Shown: in pieces, positions 23,101 through 30,326 of the stretch
How positions within the stretch are numbered: position 1 is the first letter of the stretch
How the letters are laid out: every line of letters starts with the position of its first letter
Notes under the pieces: generated by a model
Seen by the model: only the letters and a program-made list of their open reading frames with translations
Databases searched by the model: none
What the model was told of the DNA's origin: nothing
Position numbers and translations under genes: made by a program
Virus record (IMG/VR): IMGVR_UViG_3300035214_000144
Location: 5,309 to 69,308 of that record
Direction: 5' to 3' (one strand)
DNA length: 64,000 bases
DNA from: a virus
Taxonomy: Duplodnaviria; Caudoviricetes

Positions 23101-23626
23101 AAGTGTAAGTGTTCCAGACCCAGATACAAATTATGATTCAAGTGGCAATCCAACAACACCAATTATTGGAACAATACCTGAAATTGTAACAGGAGCAATT
23201 AATGAACTTAATCCTGGTTATATATGGATTGGTGATGAATTAATTGAATATAGTGAAGTAAATGGTAATACTTTGAAAAAATTACGTAGAGGTATTTTAG
23301 GTACACCTATTATATCTCATACTACAACTGATGTTATACACTCTGCAAGTTCACAACACGATATACCAAATGCATCAGAATCGGCTAGATGGTCAGCATA
23401 TGATCCAGCTGGTACTAAATTAGTTGATAAAACTATACAAGCAAATTGGGATGCCGTTGCATTTGATTCAGCAGAATGGGATTTAGCTAATCTAGATCCT
23501 ACAGAACAAGCTGTCTTTATAAGAGCTGGCGGATTAAGTAACTTTACACTACATAATACAACATACGTACAACCAGGATATGTTACTCCAGATGGAGATA
23601 AAACTGGGTACTTTAATGAGGAATAA
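11165..23626 (+). CDS. Giant (4153 aa) baseplate/virion structural protein, gp7-like position, with inserted beta-rich and carbohydrate-binding-like modules
   Basis: One uninterrupted ORF after gp6. Contains NPWSRTNGWVH, HPWEMLGF and VKDYINEAKPYHSKL segments, a YYYCKNHTNMGG motif, GGxxYxxxPxITI/GATATAT repeats and W/Y-rich CBM5/12-like motifs. Confidence 0.75.
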   Translation: MAYDDEIKFNSSKSNSSISGSVSTTDDKAKAISFLPEVFHTEKLKNFFDGTVEQAFSKANDIRVTEYIGRKSNVYYRPFKDNYKTEAVKNRKTYQLEPAGVIKDPDSKEIRDSVFYNEILNYIDSENGKTINQNRLFEQKYYTFSAPIDYDKFLNYENYYWYPSLDLNVPAIVIGGNVELLVSVANSNTFTLTYSIVTNDIVEVNGVATADYESTGLNLSFANSSINIVTGDAITVNHRVDPNNIIGSKSYTSPNGVTLSSGMLIQFSNTSLVNTDYKDKDYFVEGVGSKEGISLIETSDVETELFLSDTFIPWDRADTVGLTSTITGFDAERWDTIPDVAVPDYITINRGCTDKNPWSRTNGWVHKDNITDYRTFQEEVEVYHPYDSITTDIRGWDGGYFDSTTLLQETTFQLEQSRKGQKPIIEFNKDIELYSYGSDHVTTVDVLESAVTVNDIEGTSTYRVDDIVLVDGFKILFINPNFETEFVNWDANADPWDYDKDGDGIPDTGWDIKGADFDVSGSVWEVSGVGSSITLTKVSNLQIKDNDKITIRLGKINAGKEYYWTGYQWKLAQQKIGMNQAPKFNLYDTDGIELGNTSVYSSSTFTGNELFGYTIGTGTNDADLGFPLTYTDYTSLSTIQFKNYLNSEANGKDGFKYYKQYNYKNILQDTFEYKIIVQPASDTTTGNKFYIDEIEQENLILIRGNNYIFNLDDSSVTSRGYSDAYHPFLMSITKNGSHASGVSYNTDVKYFHNNIGVTETVFHSATYDDETITKRKIEFKPTASTPDQLYYYCKNHTNMGGGIRVVDNNVSVLSDGTIINYNNEWAPVITKSKQCLMQEFDVADEISNDLFLLESIIAGDDTVRVFINNVEKLQNIDYTIRGNKFIHLTTPAIDTDHILIKFTSFDTRDLTKAYYEVPKNLTNNALNSDVTTYDYGDLLNHFSSGIANQKNLTGLPLGNNNYRDTKQDLSLSENILQHDAPFLKLASHVNSNDRDIIKSIRLAETDYVRFKYKLLHKTLDIARKNDVSSWTDTKLVDTILLDINTNKKPNENWAYSLMLSFGDTKQVSNVTITTTNKTWTSDTLNWTIQDYQNVLIDSSAGGLAISYSYNPISDKDSKSLYVYNNDKMLLINHDYVIVNKVDTRIIFIGNNKPDVGDIVRIEYFDSKQPVFIPPTPSKLGLYQCFTPSEVTDSLSYSRGPTTFIQGHDGSLNRKFNDDRDRVLLELEKRIFNDIETRFVDPDYIAPLSYEQLVSNHFNIKDYSYLEFNQIFRSHIYRWMTFNDVDWQKNEPLRVNEQDWKTWNWSAIKNIKDTDTRGHWRGIYKRFYGTDRPHTHPWEMLGFSMKPTWWDSNYSWTETNKRENLLDDIDNGIIREGKRKNVTDLSYTKQKNIYRRDGFKLYPPVDLYGRLQSPKEIGLCTGLPNRVEALLHWSIGDIAPAEKAFYNSSSMPFALLSALFVMKPTQFTELMFDTLNIDNSNISKLQKYDKNTGKRHTNNMYVHRETANASIAVGIGYQHYVSERLISENKKPDILYGGVIRNITPQLAHKQGAFIDYGSYKAQAEAYSPTSKRTGIYIPDTNINHLLHISPSVQNSSYSAIVIEKTVRGWSVQGYDIGKNYFRCTISDPNGPNAPVQVGGSYLDIPYYQPNQTLSVDEYVLYEGVYYKCKETHVTKNTFDITKFVSISKPPMQGGATATYHRAVKRQETVDYEYGKEFTTIQEVFDFIVNYGRYLESQGWIFDSINNDIQETYNWLYSAKEFLFWTLGDWPVESILAISPAANKVKFKPLRGIVASVEDIIGSTYSILDKQGKPIDPNTTTVIRDGSQIQVTSDEGRPIYFVNLYAREIEHITIFDNITTFKDVIYDPALAIRQPRLKQTLLRTNDWNGKLEANGYLISVNKGIVSNFETSASDVTTYLNVDKTTNNEELNRAGLHTIGFQSRESLENLEIVDESQTRFYQGFIRQKGSRNAIDKILRTDVISERQEINLYEHYAFKVGEFGGTEINQSMEFRLDPTKIKTNPQVISFLPNIDLAITTDIDSDDIITIDADDSLNWTKKPTGSKYISTIWPTRTESFDLPTAGYVHISDTDYQALTKANLKTQYGNTVSSNLDVDLGSTNWVAKDDNGDWNIYRLSNTNHGIENVETLNPLTISMNESSGKLVTVANTSIDAVIPNNKSSNVSTITTETYGTKTFQLSLTDQSITQTINFTDFGGSNANISVANVADGVSQMIVTTGGSDYNIADVISVDGSGGSSATGTVTTVSTVGVSSLSLTDGGSLYTATPIITITPNANDSNLQNINAATATATLTGDAVTNINLTSAGTGYTKTPVVTITRDGSDTTGTGATATATIGTAGAITEIALSNPGGGFYAEPGNISIKTEGVDSSGTSAVIRIKGNNPTYRIETTLTNAGTPFVYGETITQNNTSATGKVVNVYTNGTATVLHIYDDTNTFDTGNHIIGGTSGASATTTHTITALSGSQYGDTTFGAILNLAINDSGTNYVSPTITVSGDAPATGIVSATSGIVDQAYITNGSYGYRKEFSDNPTISITIKDTITFSDNKYIDFADKLLKPDTLSNVTVTIDPLQGHAEFDGTSPEFSLGPTATPTSIISGQSLSANATISSFGANITDRANATIRLSFATTGATTGNATITINYKKALYNVFDLPVNDVVSPTIATAYTDSFFDGTNNHPLYVYKDVRLATRNSGIDSANIGTNLPATVNDFVSNVCSTVSFVEGDKIWIDNGGDNYWYTMTKTANASIKTNYEELAFNKGVSTKGPITSLTVTGVGGGYLLAPTVTFTPRVGDTTGSGATATTKLDIILTTFAGITVVTGETITQATTGASGTVVAGVTNATSVTLKDVNNTAFDLNKNNNYNLTGSTSGGLGTYLTNARGNLAQIDGVTLTDGGDNYQFVPTITITAHADDPNNPSSANYLEPEDRHSGTYHITPAVVTSAGTNIGSITIGSDSWIIHSDVDYTVANATIRQQVFDGSVRTNKDNLQIDTKLFSQSKLTLIDTNDYTNEVPFEVIDPIKNLLPGVAQSELNYITQSDPAVYTNHSNTDRVSINSPWETDNVGLTWWDTSTARYIEYENFSNEYRQNNWGKLFPGSTIDIYEWTESSDLPTNYTGDGIVANTTNYSTISKTSKEGFVSTKYYFWVKNKTIPPRGTTPNARYRLLSTTTISRLIKNPTAYGINWYAPISKNSLAISNATRHITTDSVFKLNYRKVDKDIPIHKQWIMIKENDPDTIVDQKIWNKFTDSLSGKDADGKAVPDTTILSKYSQYGNNVRPRQTWFKDIQKARRIFAYTLNNILKETNLDVNYPEWENTLTDQTLYNKSNYYVEGYDDSIIVDRIFDYKANIDTSTLKDYDVIKVNYDYNSKWAIYVYGDRDIVLNGQAPVATANLDFTAGTATTTTGVYTAKTKTSSDVTTSEVSVYSGVADNPELVVIANQTSTAQLDNKFWTTTDDIATGIRDLMSVLYNYLFLGSQKINLNTLLFSAVNFIFEEQDNIDWIIKTTYFDAIQKDLSLQQAVSYAPDTFEYVKDYINEAKPYHSKLINYVSKKQTPVENANVNIIETRSGKETVVFDRISKNIELVTENHPDGDTHTTWDETAGAYTSKIVQVFSDDTTQLIELMKKKTSAAITKDGGGGDLTYGETNSSIERIAAYHFSEQLAALDTTSEEQVIEFMRQLRTQLSPFKDIDFNSMISGGFATATDFNISKYADNEDIESLGFEISNWDVGLKWDEAAAQNFFTSLFQTAIYWQAGTTYTPNIAIDSTDTITSANFVKYNNISHFPAWSNITEYKVKDVVQYNGKIYRCNVQHKNLQNESGLQNSRWDLIEEYIYYANVDHTSTSNFVTDYTDGKWNLVVTKLDGAGFLRPLQEDRPEEQFLMQMKETLKITVVTYEETAMDIADIDSDGNTTETMGYGDQYAFRIFYGNDNQAQYKRLPLVCETNLTANIGTSINELTVSNAQILYSSVSVPDPDTNYDSSGNPTTPIIGTIPEIVTGAINELNPGYIWIGDELIEYSEVNGNTLKKLRRGILGTPIISHTTTDVIHSASSQHDIPNASESARWSAYDPAGTKLVDKTIQANWDAVAFDSAEWDLANLDPTEQAVFIRAGGLSNFTLHNTTYVQPGYVTPDGDKTGYFNEE

Positions 23627-23634
23627 ATATTGTT

Positions 23635-25791
23635 ATGGCACTAGGAAATATTACATTACGATCAACTTCAAGCTCTTCAGTAGTTAATCTGAAAGCTAAC
23701 GTAGATGCGTCTATTGACATTGTTAATAGACCATTAACTCACGAAGAAGTTGACTTAAACTTTTTAGAAATCGGTGAATCTGTAAAAGCAAATTTAATAT
23801 CAAACTACACTACAAGTGATTTAGCAGAAGGCACAAGATTATATTATACTGACGCTAGAGTAGGTACTTACTTGTCAGGAACAGCAAAATTTAGTGATAT
23901 ATCAAATATTGATAGTGCAACTGCTTCAGATGATAGATTCCACATATATTATGACCACAGTACAACAAGTCTTAAATTTGGTCAAATGACAAATACAGAT
24001 TACTTGCCAGAAGGCTCAACAAACCTTTATTATACAGATGCAAGATGGGATACAAGATTATCAGCTAAAACAACTTCAAATTTAGCTGAAGGTACTAACC
24101 TTTATTATACAGATGCAAGATGGGATACAAGACTTGGAACGAAGTCAACAACAGATTTAACTGAAGGTACAAATTTATATTATACTACAGCAAGAGCAAA
24201 TACAGATATAGATGCCAGAGTTGCAACTACTTCTATTAATGTTTTATCAGATGTAGATACAACTGGCGTAGCAAATAATAAAATTTTAAAACATAATGGT
24301 ACCAATTGGATAATATCAGATTTAGTAACGTCAACATTAACAGGATTAACAGATACAACTCTTACTGCACCAAGCAATGGTGAAGTTTTAAAATATAATG
24401 GAAGTGCTTGGGTTAATGCGGCAGATACCGATACTGATTTTGATGGTGACTTAAAAGCAACTACATTAACAAGTTCAACTGGTGATATTAATGTTGCAAC
24501 TTATACAGATAGAAATGTTATTTTAGATTTAAATGCTAACGCAAGTATCGTAGCAAATGCCAATACAGCAGTTGGTGATGTTATATCATCTGCTTATTTG
24601 AATACAGCTACTGATATTAATGCGGCTATTAATATGAGTGACTTTACAATTAAAGGTGACTTGTTAAGAGGCTTGAATATTTTAAATAATTCAAACAATG
24701 CAAATGTAACTAATGTAGGTGTTAATTTAAGTAACTATCATTACAATCAAGATGGTTACTCATCATTTAATATTAGTTTATTTGATGATACCCACTCATT
24801 ACACGACTCTTATATGACAGCAAGTCAAAATGCTTGGCAATGGCAATTCAAACCTACAAACACGGCAGAAGATGCTACCGGGGAAACTAGAGTGGCAATT
24901 TTTGCAGGTGATACAAGAGGAAAAATTATTCACGATAACAGAGCATATGATAATAAAAGAAGATATAGTGTTCCACTAACTGATGCAGAAGCTTATGGTT
25001 ATATTGATACAGAACACAGAGGAAAAAATTTTACAATTACAGCAACAGATAATATTAAACTAATGCCTGCAGGAATGACAGAAGTTGGTCTTGGTATTGC
25101 TGGATTTCCTGCTGTAACACAACCTAGGTTAACTCATTATGCACAAGCTTCTTCGTCGACAGGAGCTGACAATACTAAAAGTCATTATGCTGACGGATAT
25201 CACCAAAAAATTACATTATCAGAAAACGTTGATGCTGATCAAAGAAAACAAGGTATCCAATTAGATACTGAATTTGATTTAGCTGGATATACTTTTGGTG
25301 CAGATAATTCAACTAGTGTATATAGACATCTTGGTAACTTTGATTGGGTTCGTCCAATAAACTCGGGATCCGCTACAACTTTTTCAGGTGTGACTGGAAG
25401 AAACACAACAACATATATTGACGGTACACAAAATTTAACTGGAGAAAAATTAATCGGCCTTAGAACTCAGGCATATATAGAAGATGCATCATCTACTGTA
25501 ACTAATTTAATGGGCTTACACGTATCAACAGCCGTTTGGGCTGGTACAGCCACAAATAAATATTCAATTTACGCACCAGAGTCAGATGACAAGGCATACT
25601 TTGCAGGTCAAATTATAACAGGTGCAATTACATTACCAAACACAGATGGTACAGCAAATCAAGTTTTAACAACAGATGGTGCTGGTACAGTTACTTGGCA
25701 ATCAGAAACAATCACTCTTGCAACACTAAAAACAGAAGTTGCGGCTTCAACAGATTTTGCAGATTTCCAAACAAGGATAGCGGGATTATAA
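23635..25791 (+). CDS. Tail fibre / adhesin-like protein
   Basis: Repeated T(S/T)DLxEGTNLYYTDAR units, SDVDTTGVANNKILKHNGTNW-type repeats and C-terminal LPNTDGTANQVLTTDGAGTVTW. Confidence 0.75.
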   Translation: MALGNITLRSTSSSSVVNLKANVDASIDIVNRPLTHEEVDLNFLEIGESVKANLISNYTTSDLAEGTRLYYTDARVGTYLSGTAKFSDISNIDSATASDDRFHIYYDHSTTSLKFGQMTNTDYLPEGSTNLYYTDARWDTRLSAKTTSNLAEGTNLYYTDARWDTRLGTKSTTDLTEGTNLYYTTARANTDIDARVATTSINVLSDVDTTGVANNKILKHNGTNWIISDLVTSTLTGLTDTTLTAPSNGEVLKYNGSAWVNAADTDTDFDGDLKATTLTSSTGDINVATYTDRNVILDLNANASIVANANTAVGDVISSAYLNTATDINAAINMSDFTIKGDLLRGLNILNNSNNANVTNVGVNLSNYHYNQDGYSSFNISLFDDTHSLHDSYMTASQNAWQWQFKPTNTAEDATGETRVAIFAGDTRGKIIHDNRAYDNKRRYSVPLTDAEAYGYIDTEHRGKNFTITATDNIKLMPAGMTEVGLGIAGFPAVTQPRLTHYAQASSSTGADNTKSHYADGYHQKITLSENVDADQRKQGIQLDTEFDLAGYTFGADNSTSVYRHLGNFDWVRPINSGSATTFSGVTGRNTTTYIDGTQNLTGEKLIGLRTQAYIEDASSTVTNLMGLHVSTAVWAGTATNKYSIYAPESDDKAYFAGQIITGAITLPNTDGTANQVLTTDGAGTVTWQSETITLATLKTEVAASTDFADFQTRIAGL
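24022..24197 (+). repeat. 75-bp-period coding tandem repeat in the fibre gene
   Basis: 36-bp AACCTTTATTATACAGATGCAAGATGGGATACAAGA is identical at 24022-24057 and 24097-24132; a degenerate third copy follows (25-aa period). Confidence 0.9.
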
Positions 25792-25799
25792 AAATGAAT

Positions 25800-25857
25800 T
25801 ATAAATATAATATAACCCAACTTTACCTTGACAATAAATATGTTTATAAAGTATAAT
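25800..25857 (+). promoter_or_regulatory. Late box plus sigma70-type promoter
   Basis: TATAAATA at 25800-25807; TTGACA (25828-33), 18 nt, TATAAT (25852-57); AGGA SD. Confidence 0.6.
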
Positions 25858-25867
25858 AGGAAAAAAT

Positions 25868-26518
25868 ATGTCAGATAATAACGTACAAAAACCAGATGAG
25901 ACCGGAACTGTTAAAATAGAAGGTCACATTTTAATTAAAGACAAGAATACTGGAGAGGTATTAGTTGACCAAAAGAATGCAATTCACTTTGGTAATATGG
26001 CTTATGTGATAGCATCAGCTTTAAGTTATCATACGTTAAATGACTCAGGAATTTATTGGATGGGCTTTGGTAATGGCGGATCTGATATTTTATCAACAGG
26101 TAGTATCAAATACAAAAGTACAAATACAGGTACTACAAAAGATAATTCATCAGATTTATATAACAGAACATACCAAAAAGTTGTAGCTAAACCATCAGGT
26201 GTTAGTACTACAGCGGCCACAGATCCAGACAACAATATTGAAATTTTGCCTTCAACTGGTGCATATACTGACTTAAAAGTTAAATGCACACTAGATTTCG
26301 GTGAACCAGCAGGGCAAGACGCTTCAGATTCAGCTACAGCAGATACTGATTTTGTATTTGATGAGCTAGGATTATTTGGTTATTATCAAGATACAACTAA
26401 TGGTACATTGGATCATAGCCAGGCTTTAATGTTATCGCACGTGATTTTTCACCCGGTACAAAAAAGCACAAATAGACAAATAGAAATAGTGTATACAGTA
26501 AGAGTACAAATGCAATAA
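25868..26518 (+). CDS. Virion structural protein (baseplate/tail associated)
   Basis: VKIEGHILIKD...KNAIHFGNM...FVFDELGL...HVIFHPVQKSTNRQIEIVYTVR, within the structural operon. Confidence 0.65.
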   Translation: MSDNNVQKPDETGTVKIEGHILIKDKNTGEVLVDQKNAIHFGNMAYVIASALSYHTLNDSGIYWMGFGNGGSDILSTGSIKYKSTNTGTTKDNSSDLYNRTYQKVVAKPSGVSTTAATDPDNNIEILPSTGAYTDLKVKCTLDFGEPAGQDASDSATADTDFVFDELGLFGYYQDTTNGTLDHSQALMLSHVIFHPVQKSTNRQIEIVYTVRVQMQ

Positions 26519-26592
26519 AGGAAAACTTAATTTTATGCATATAACACCGGTTTTAACTAAACTACGCATAAATAGAAATAGGAGCAATTAAT

Positions 26593-27903
26593 ATGTCATA
26601 TACAATTAATAATACAAGAGGCACAGTTGTTACCACAGTTACACCGGGTACTACTCAGGTTGTAGGTGGCGTAACACTAATTGGAAAAAATTACACAGGA
26701 TACGGTGAACTTATCGCTGAAGATTTTGTTCATATGCTTGAAAATCAAGCAAATTCAACGTCACCGTCATCACCATTAACAGGTCAATTATGGTATGATA
26801 CAGGAGAAAGTACATTAAAAGCATACGATGGTACTGCTTGGGATAGATTAAATGTATCAGTAAGCTCTAGTGCACCAAGTTCTGCTACAGCAGGAACACT
26901 TTGGTTGGACAATACAGCAGACGAAATTTTAAAAATTTACGATGGTGCCGCTTGGGTATCTACTGCAATGGCGTCGAGCAATACTAGATCGACAGCAGTT
27001 ACTATAAAAGTTGGGAACAACTCTTGGGTATCAACAGCAGTTAGAAAAGCAGGCCATACATCAAATTCTCACGTAGACGTAGATATTACAGCAGTTGTTG
27101 GAAAAACACAAGCAGGAGTAGATAGTGTTATCGCTGTCTTTTCACCAGCATCATTTGATATTAGTACACAAACAACGAATTATAATGTTAATGGTACATT
27201 AGAATACGATATATATGAAAACTTTAGTGTAACTACAGCAGGGGCATCCGCAACAGGTTCGCTACAAGCTGGTATGAACATTAGAGACGGATTCTTAGAT
27301 GCTACAGCATCAGCTCCATTATCAGATGAAACGTTAGCACTTCAAGACGCAAACAATTCATCTACAACATATAATTCAGATGAAATAATGATTTTAACAA
27401 AAACTACTACACAGGCACACGCAGGTAAATTAGAACCTACGTCGAATGCTTCAGTTGATTTAGGATCAACAACCAAACGGTATGCAACCATATATGGTGT
27501 ATCAACTTCAGCCCAATATTCAGATATAGCTGAAAGATTCGCTTCAGATGGTGCAATGGACCCAGGAACAATTGTTGCTTTAGGTGGTGTAGAAGAAATT
27601 ACAAAAACTGCCACTAGGGCAGATGAAAACGTATTTGGCGTTATCTCTGACAAACCAGCATTCAGAATGAATGATGGCGCAGGGGATAATGCTACTCACC
27701 CATTTGTTGCATTTTCTGGAAGGGTTGAATGCAATATTCAAGGCCCTGTAACAAAAGGTGATAGATTGGTTAGCAGTGACATTCCAGGTGTAGCTGTCAA
27801 AGCCGATCCAAACGACAACTGGAAAGCTACCTTTGGTAGAGCTCTAGTTGACAAGAAAACCGACAATGTTGGAAAAATAACTATTGCAATAGGAGTGAAA
27901 TAA
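26593..27903 (+). CDS. Tail fibre/baseplate protein with C-terminal intramolecular-chaperone (peptidase S74/G2-like) domain
   Basis: N-terminal LIGKNYTGYGE...HMLENQA...GQLWYD; C-terminal YSDIAERF..D...PGTIVALGG...FGVISDKP...GRV...GDRLVSS. CATAAATA late box (26567-74) and AGGAG SD upstream. Confidence 0.7.
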   Translation: MSYTINNTRGTVVTTVTPGTTQVVGGVTLIGKNYTGYGELIAEDFVHMLENQANSTSPSSPLTGQLWYDTGESTLKAYDGTAWDRLNVSVSSSAPSSATAGTLWLDNTADEILKIYDGAAWVSTAMASSNTRSTAVTIKVGNNSWVSTAVRKAGHTSNSHVDVDITAVVGKTQAGVDSVIAVFSPASFDISTQTTNYNVNGTLEYDIYENFSVTTAGASATGSLQAGMNIRDGFLDATASAPLSDETLALQDANNSSTTYNSDEIMILTKTTTQAHAGKLEPTSNASVDLGSTTKRYATIYGVSTSAQYSDIAERFASDGAMDPGTIVALGGVEEITKTATRADENVFGVISDKPAFRMNDGAGDNATHPFVAFSGRVECNIQGPVTKGDRLVSSDIPGVAVKADPNDNWKATFGRALVDKKTDNVGKITIAIGVK

Positions 27904-27904
27904 A

Positions 27905-28834
27905 ATGGCTTATCAACAAGGCGATACAATTACAGCGGCGGACTTTAACAATTTCGCGGCAAATGTGAATACCGTGATTGGTACCGGCTCGGGAGATAAA
28001 GGATACGGCTTATCGGAAGTTTCAACAGTAGCGGCAGGTAATACTATAACTGCTGTTCAATGGAACTCTTTACTTTCTGGCTTACAAAAAGCGGCCAATC
28101 ACCAAGGAACAACATTAACAAATGCATCAAATACAGTAACAACGAGTGGAAACGTTCTACCGTTGTCAAATTTGGGAGCAGATGTCACATTAATCGATAC
28201 TAACAGAGGAACAGCGGCTGGCGCCAATTTGTCAACTGGTGTAGCTGGTACAACATCTACAAGATCAACATCTTGGAGTGGTACTATTACACATACGTTT
28301 ACTGTTAACTTCGGTTCATCGAATGCGGCTAGACACTTTTTTAATTCAGGTGGAAAAATCCATCTAGTGTTTGCACAGGCTAACGGTGCGGCAACGGCTC
28401 AAAATACAGCTTGGTCTGACTTATGTTCAGGCTTAGGAACTGTAACTTTAGATGCAACTGATACAACAAAAACTGGCGGAACATACGGTACTAACACAGC
28501 GATTGGTTACAGAGATTTAACAGGTACAAACCAAACGATTATGTCAGCACCAATTGGTTCAGGTGATTATACAGCGAACGATATTCTTATCCAAGCTAAA
28601 ACAGATGGGTCTGGATTACTTACTTTCCAAGCTGATCTGAACGATGATCACGCGGCAGAAACAGGCACCTACACTGGTGGCGGTTTAGGTACTGCACCAA
28701 ATGAAGGAAATGCTTGGACAGGAACAGATGCAGTAGATGGAGATATTTCGTCTACAATAACATTTGATAAAGCGGACAATGCCTCATACGTACAAGTGGC
28801 TAGTCCATCTTTTTCAAATATTGCGAACCTTTAA
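27905..28834 (+). CDS. Virion structural protein
   Basis: MAYQQGDTITAADFN...GSGDKGYG...ARHFFNSGGKI; G/T/A-rich; last gene of the structural run. Confidence 0.6.
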   Translation: MAYQQGDTITAADFNNFAANVNTVIGTGSGDKGYGLSEVSTVAAGNTITAVQWNSLLSGLQKAANHQGTTLTNASNTVTTSGNVLPLSNLGADVTLIDTNRGTAAGANLSTGVAGTTSTRSTSWSGTITHTFTVNFGSSNAARHFFNSGGKIHLVFAQANGAATAQNTAWSDLCSGLGTVTLDATDTTKTGGTYGTNTAIGYRDLTGTNQTIMSAPIGSGDYTANDILIQAKTDGSGLLTFQADLNDDHAAETGTYTGGGLGTAPNEGNAWTGTDAVDGDISSTITFDKADNASYVQVASPSFSNIANL

Positions 28835-28861
28835 TATTATATAATATTGTTAACTTATTAG

Positions 28862-28912
28862 TTGACTTAATAAGCCCTCTAGTGTATTATTATAACACTG
28901 GAGGGTTTTTTT
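28862..28912 (+). terminator. Intrinsic terminator overlapping a sigma70 promoter and the next gene's SD
   Basis: Stem CCCTCTAGTGT / ACACTGGAGGG then T7; TTGACT (28862-67), 17 nt, TATTAT (28885-90); GGAGG lies in the 3' arm. Confidence 0.7.
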
Positions 28913-29260
28913 ATGACCGATCAAAGACTAGAAAATGCACTGGAATTTGCCAATTATAGAGCAACATTGGCTAACCAAAAAGCAAAACTAAAAGATAGAT
29001 GTGAAGCACAACTAAACTATGCATACAATGGTGGTATCTTTCATATTAGTGAATCATTAATTTCATTTGTTGATTCATTTTATAGACAAGGTAAAAAATC
29101 AATGATTATGCTAGATTCAAATAAAACACCTGTTGATATTGAAGACGTACAAGAATTTTATAATCAAATTACAACTAGATGGTTTGAATCTGTTAATGAA
29201 TATCACAGACAACATAACGAGTTAGCAAATAAAAGAAAAGTTCATACTCTAATAGATTAA
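28913..29260 (+). CDS. Conserved-looking phage hypothetical protein
   Basis: MTDQRLENALEFANYRATLANQK; GGAGG SD. Confidence 0.75.
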   Translation: MTDQRLENALEFANYRATLANQKAKLKDRCEAQLNYAYNGGIFHISESLISFVDSFYRQGKKSMIMLDSNKTPVDIEDVQEFYNQITTRWFESVNEYHRQHNELANKRKVHTLID

Positions 29261-29265
29261 TTTTT

Positions 29266-30144
29266 ATGTCTACTGGGGTTCTTTTTTACGTACATAATAA
29301 TCGTCATATTGATTATGGAAAAATAGCTTTAGCCAATAGCTGTTTAATCAAAAAACATATGAAGAACAATTCTGTAACTATTGTTACAGATACTGGTACA
29401 ATCAACTGGCTGTATAAAGCATTTGACAAAGATTTTGTTGATAGCAAAATAGATAATATTATAGTTGCTAAAAGAAATAATACACGAAATATAAGAAGAT
29501 TTTACGATACTCGATATTCTAAACAAGTTGAAACATTTTATAATATTGATAGATTTAATTCTTATAACTATTCCCCATATGATGAAACATTAATATTAGA
29601 TGTCGATTATATGATTTGTAATAATCAATTTGATATGTGTTGGGAATTAGATTATGATATACAAATTAATAAAGATTCAAAAGATATTTTATCAACAAGA
29701 CATTATGACGAGTTTAAAAGAATAGGTGAACAATCAATTGATTTCTATTGGGCTACCGCAGTATTTTTTAGAAAAACTAAAGAAGCAGAAATACTATTTA
29801 ATCTAGTTAATCACGTACAACAAAATTATCAATATTATAAATTACTTTATGGTTTTGAAGCACCAACATTTCGTAATGATTTTGCATTTAGTATAGCTAT
29901 ACATCTTTTAAATGGAATGGGAAATAATAATTTTATTAAACCATTACCAGTTCCATTTTTACAACACTCACACGGCTTTGATGATTTTGTTGACGTGAAT
30001 GGAACTAAATTTAAATTTTTATTAGAAAAACCAAACAACCCTGGAGATTACTTACTATGTTCAACTGAAGATACAAACGTACATATTATGAATAAATTTG
30101 CATTAAACAGATTGTCAGACAAGATTATTAAGGAGAACAAATAA
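29266..30144 (+). CDS. GT-A fold glycosyltransferase-like protein (GT8-like)
   Basis: SPYDETLILDVDY (DxD), YWATAVFFRK, FRNDFAFSIAIH; paralog of 32215. Confidence 0.7.
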   Translation: MSTGVLFYVHNNRHIDYGKIALANSCLIKKHMKNNSVTIVTDTGTINWLYKAFDKDFVDSKIDNIIVAKRNNTRNIRRFYDTRYSKQVETFYNIDRFNSYNYSPYDETLILDVDYMICNNQFDMCWELDYDIQINKDSKDILSTRHYDEFKRIGEQSIDFYWATAVFFRKTKEAEILFNLVNHVQQNYQYYKLLYGFEAPTFRNDFAFSIAIHLLNGMGNNNFIKPLPVPFLQHSHGFDDFVDVNGTKFKFLLEKPNNPGDYLLCSTEDTNVHIMNKFALNRLSDKIIKENK

Positions 30145-30326
30145 TGTTTAGTATTAGTAGTCACCAAACATATCTTTTTCCGTGTATTGGTATATGTAGC
30201 ATTGACAAAGAAAGTGGTTATTGTATGGGATGTAGCCGTACTGAAGAAGAAGTATACAAATGGGAAGATAAAAATACTTCTGATAAATGGAAAAAAAACT
30301 TATTAGAAGAATTAAAAACAAGATGA
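30144..30326 (+). CDS. DUF1289-family small Cys-rich (putative Fe-S) protein
   Basis: PCIGICSID..SGYCMGCSRT.EE...W. Confidence 0.85.
   Translation: MFSISSHQTYLFPCIGICSIDKESGYCMGCSRTEEEVYKWEDKNTSDKWKKNLLEELKTR

Noticed and set aside
11165-23626. Intein, intron or recoded stop codons as the reason for the giant ORF
   Set aside because: No intein splice-junction or LAGLIDADG/HNH motifs were noticed, and the standard code gives dense uninterrupted coding throughout.
7203-26561. TTTTAACTAAA motif before two late promoters (7203 and 26551)
   Set aside because: Only two copies, at different distances from the boxes, in very AT-rich DNA; cannot be separated from chance.
23635-27903. Diversity-generating retroelement acting on fibre genes
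   Set aside because: No reverse transcriptase in the window, and I saw no TR/VR pair differing only at adenines; the repeats are tandem and coding.
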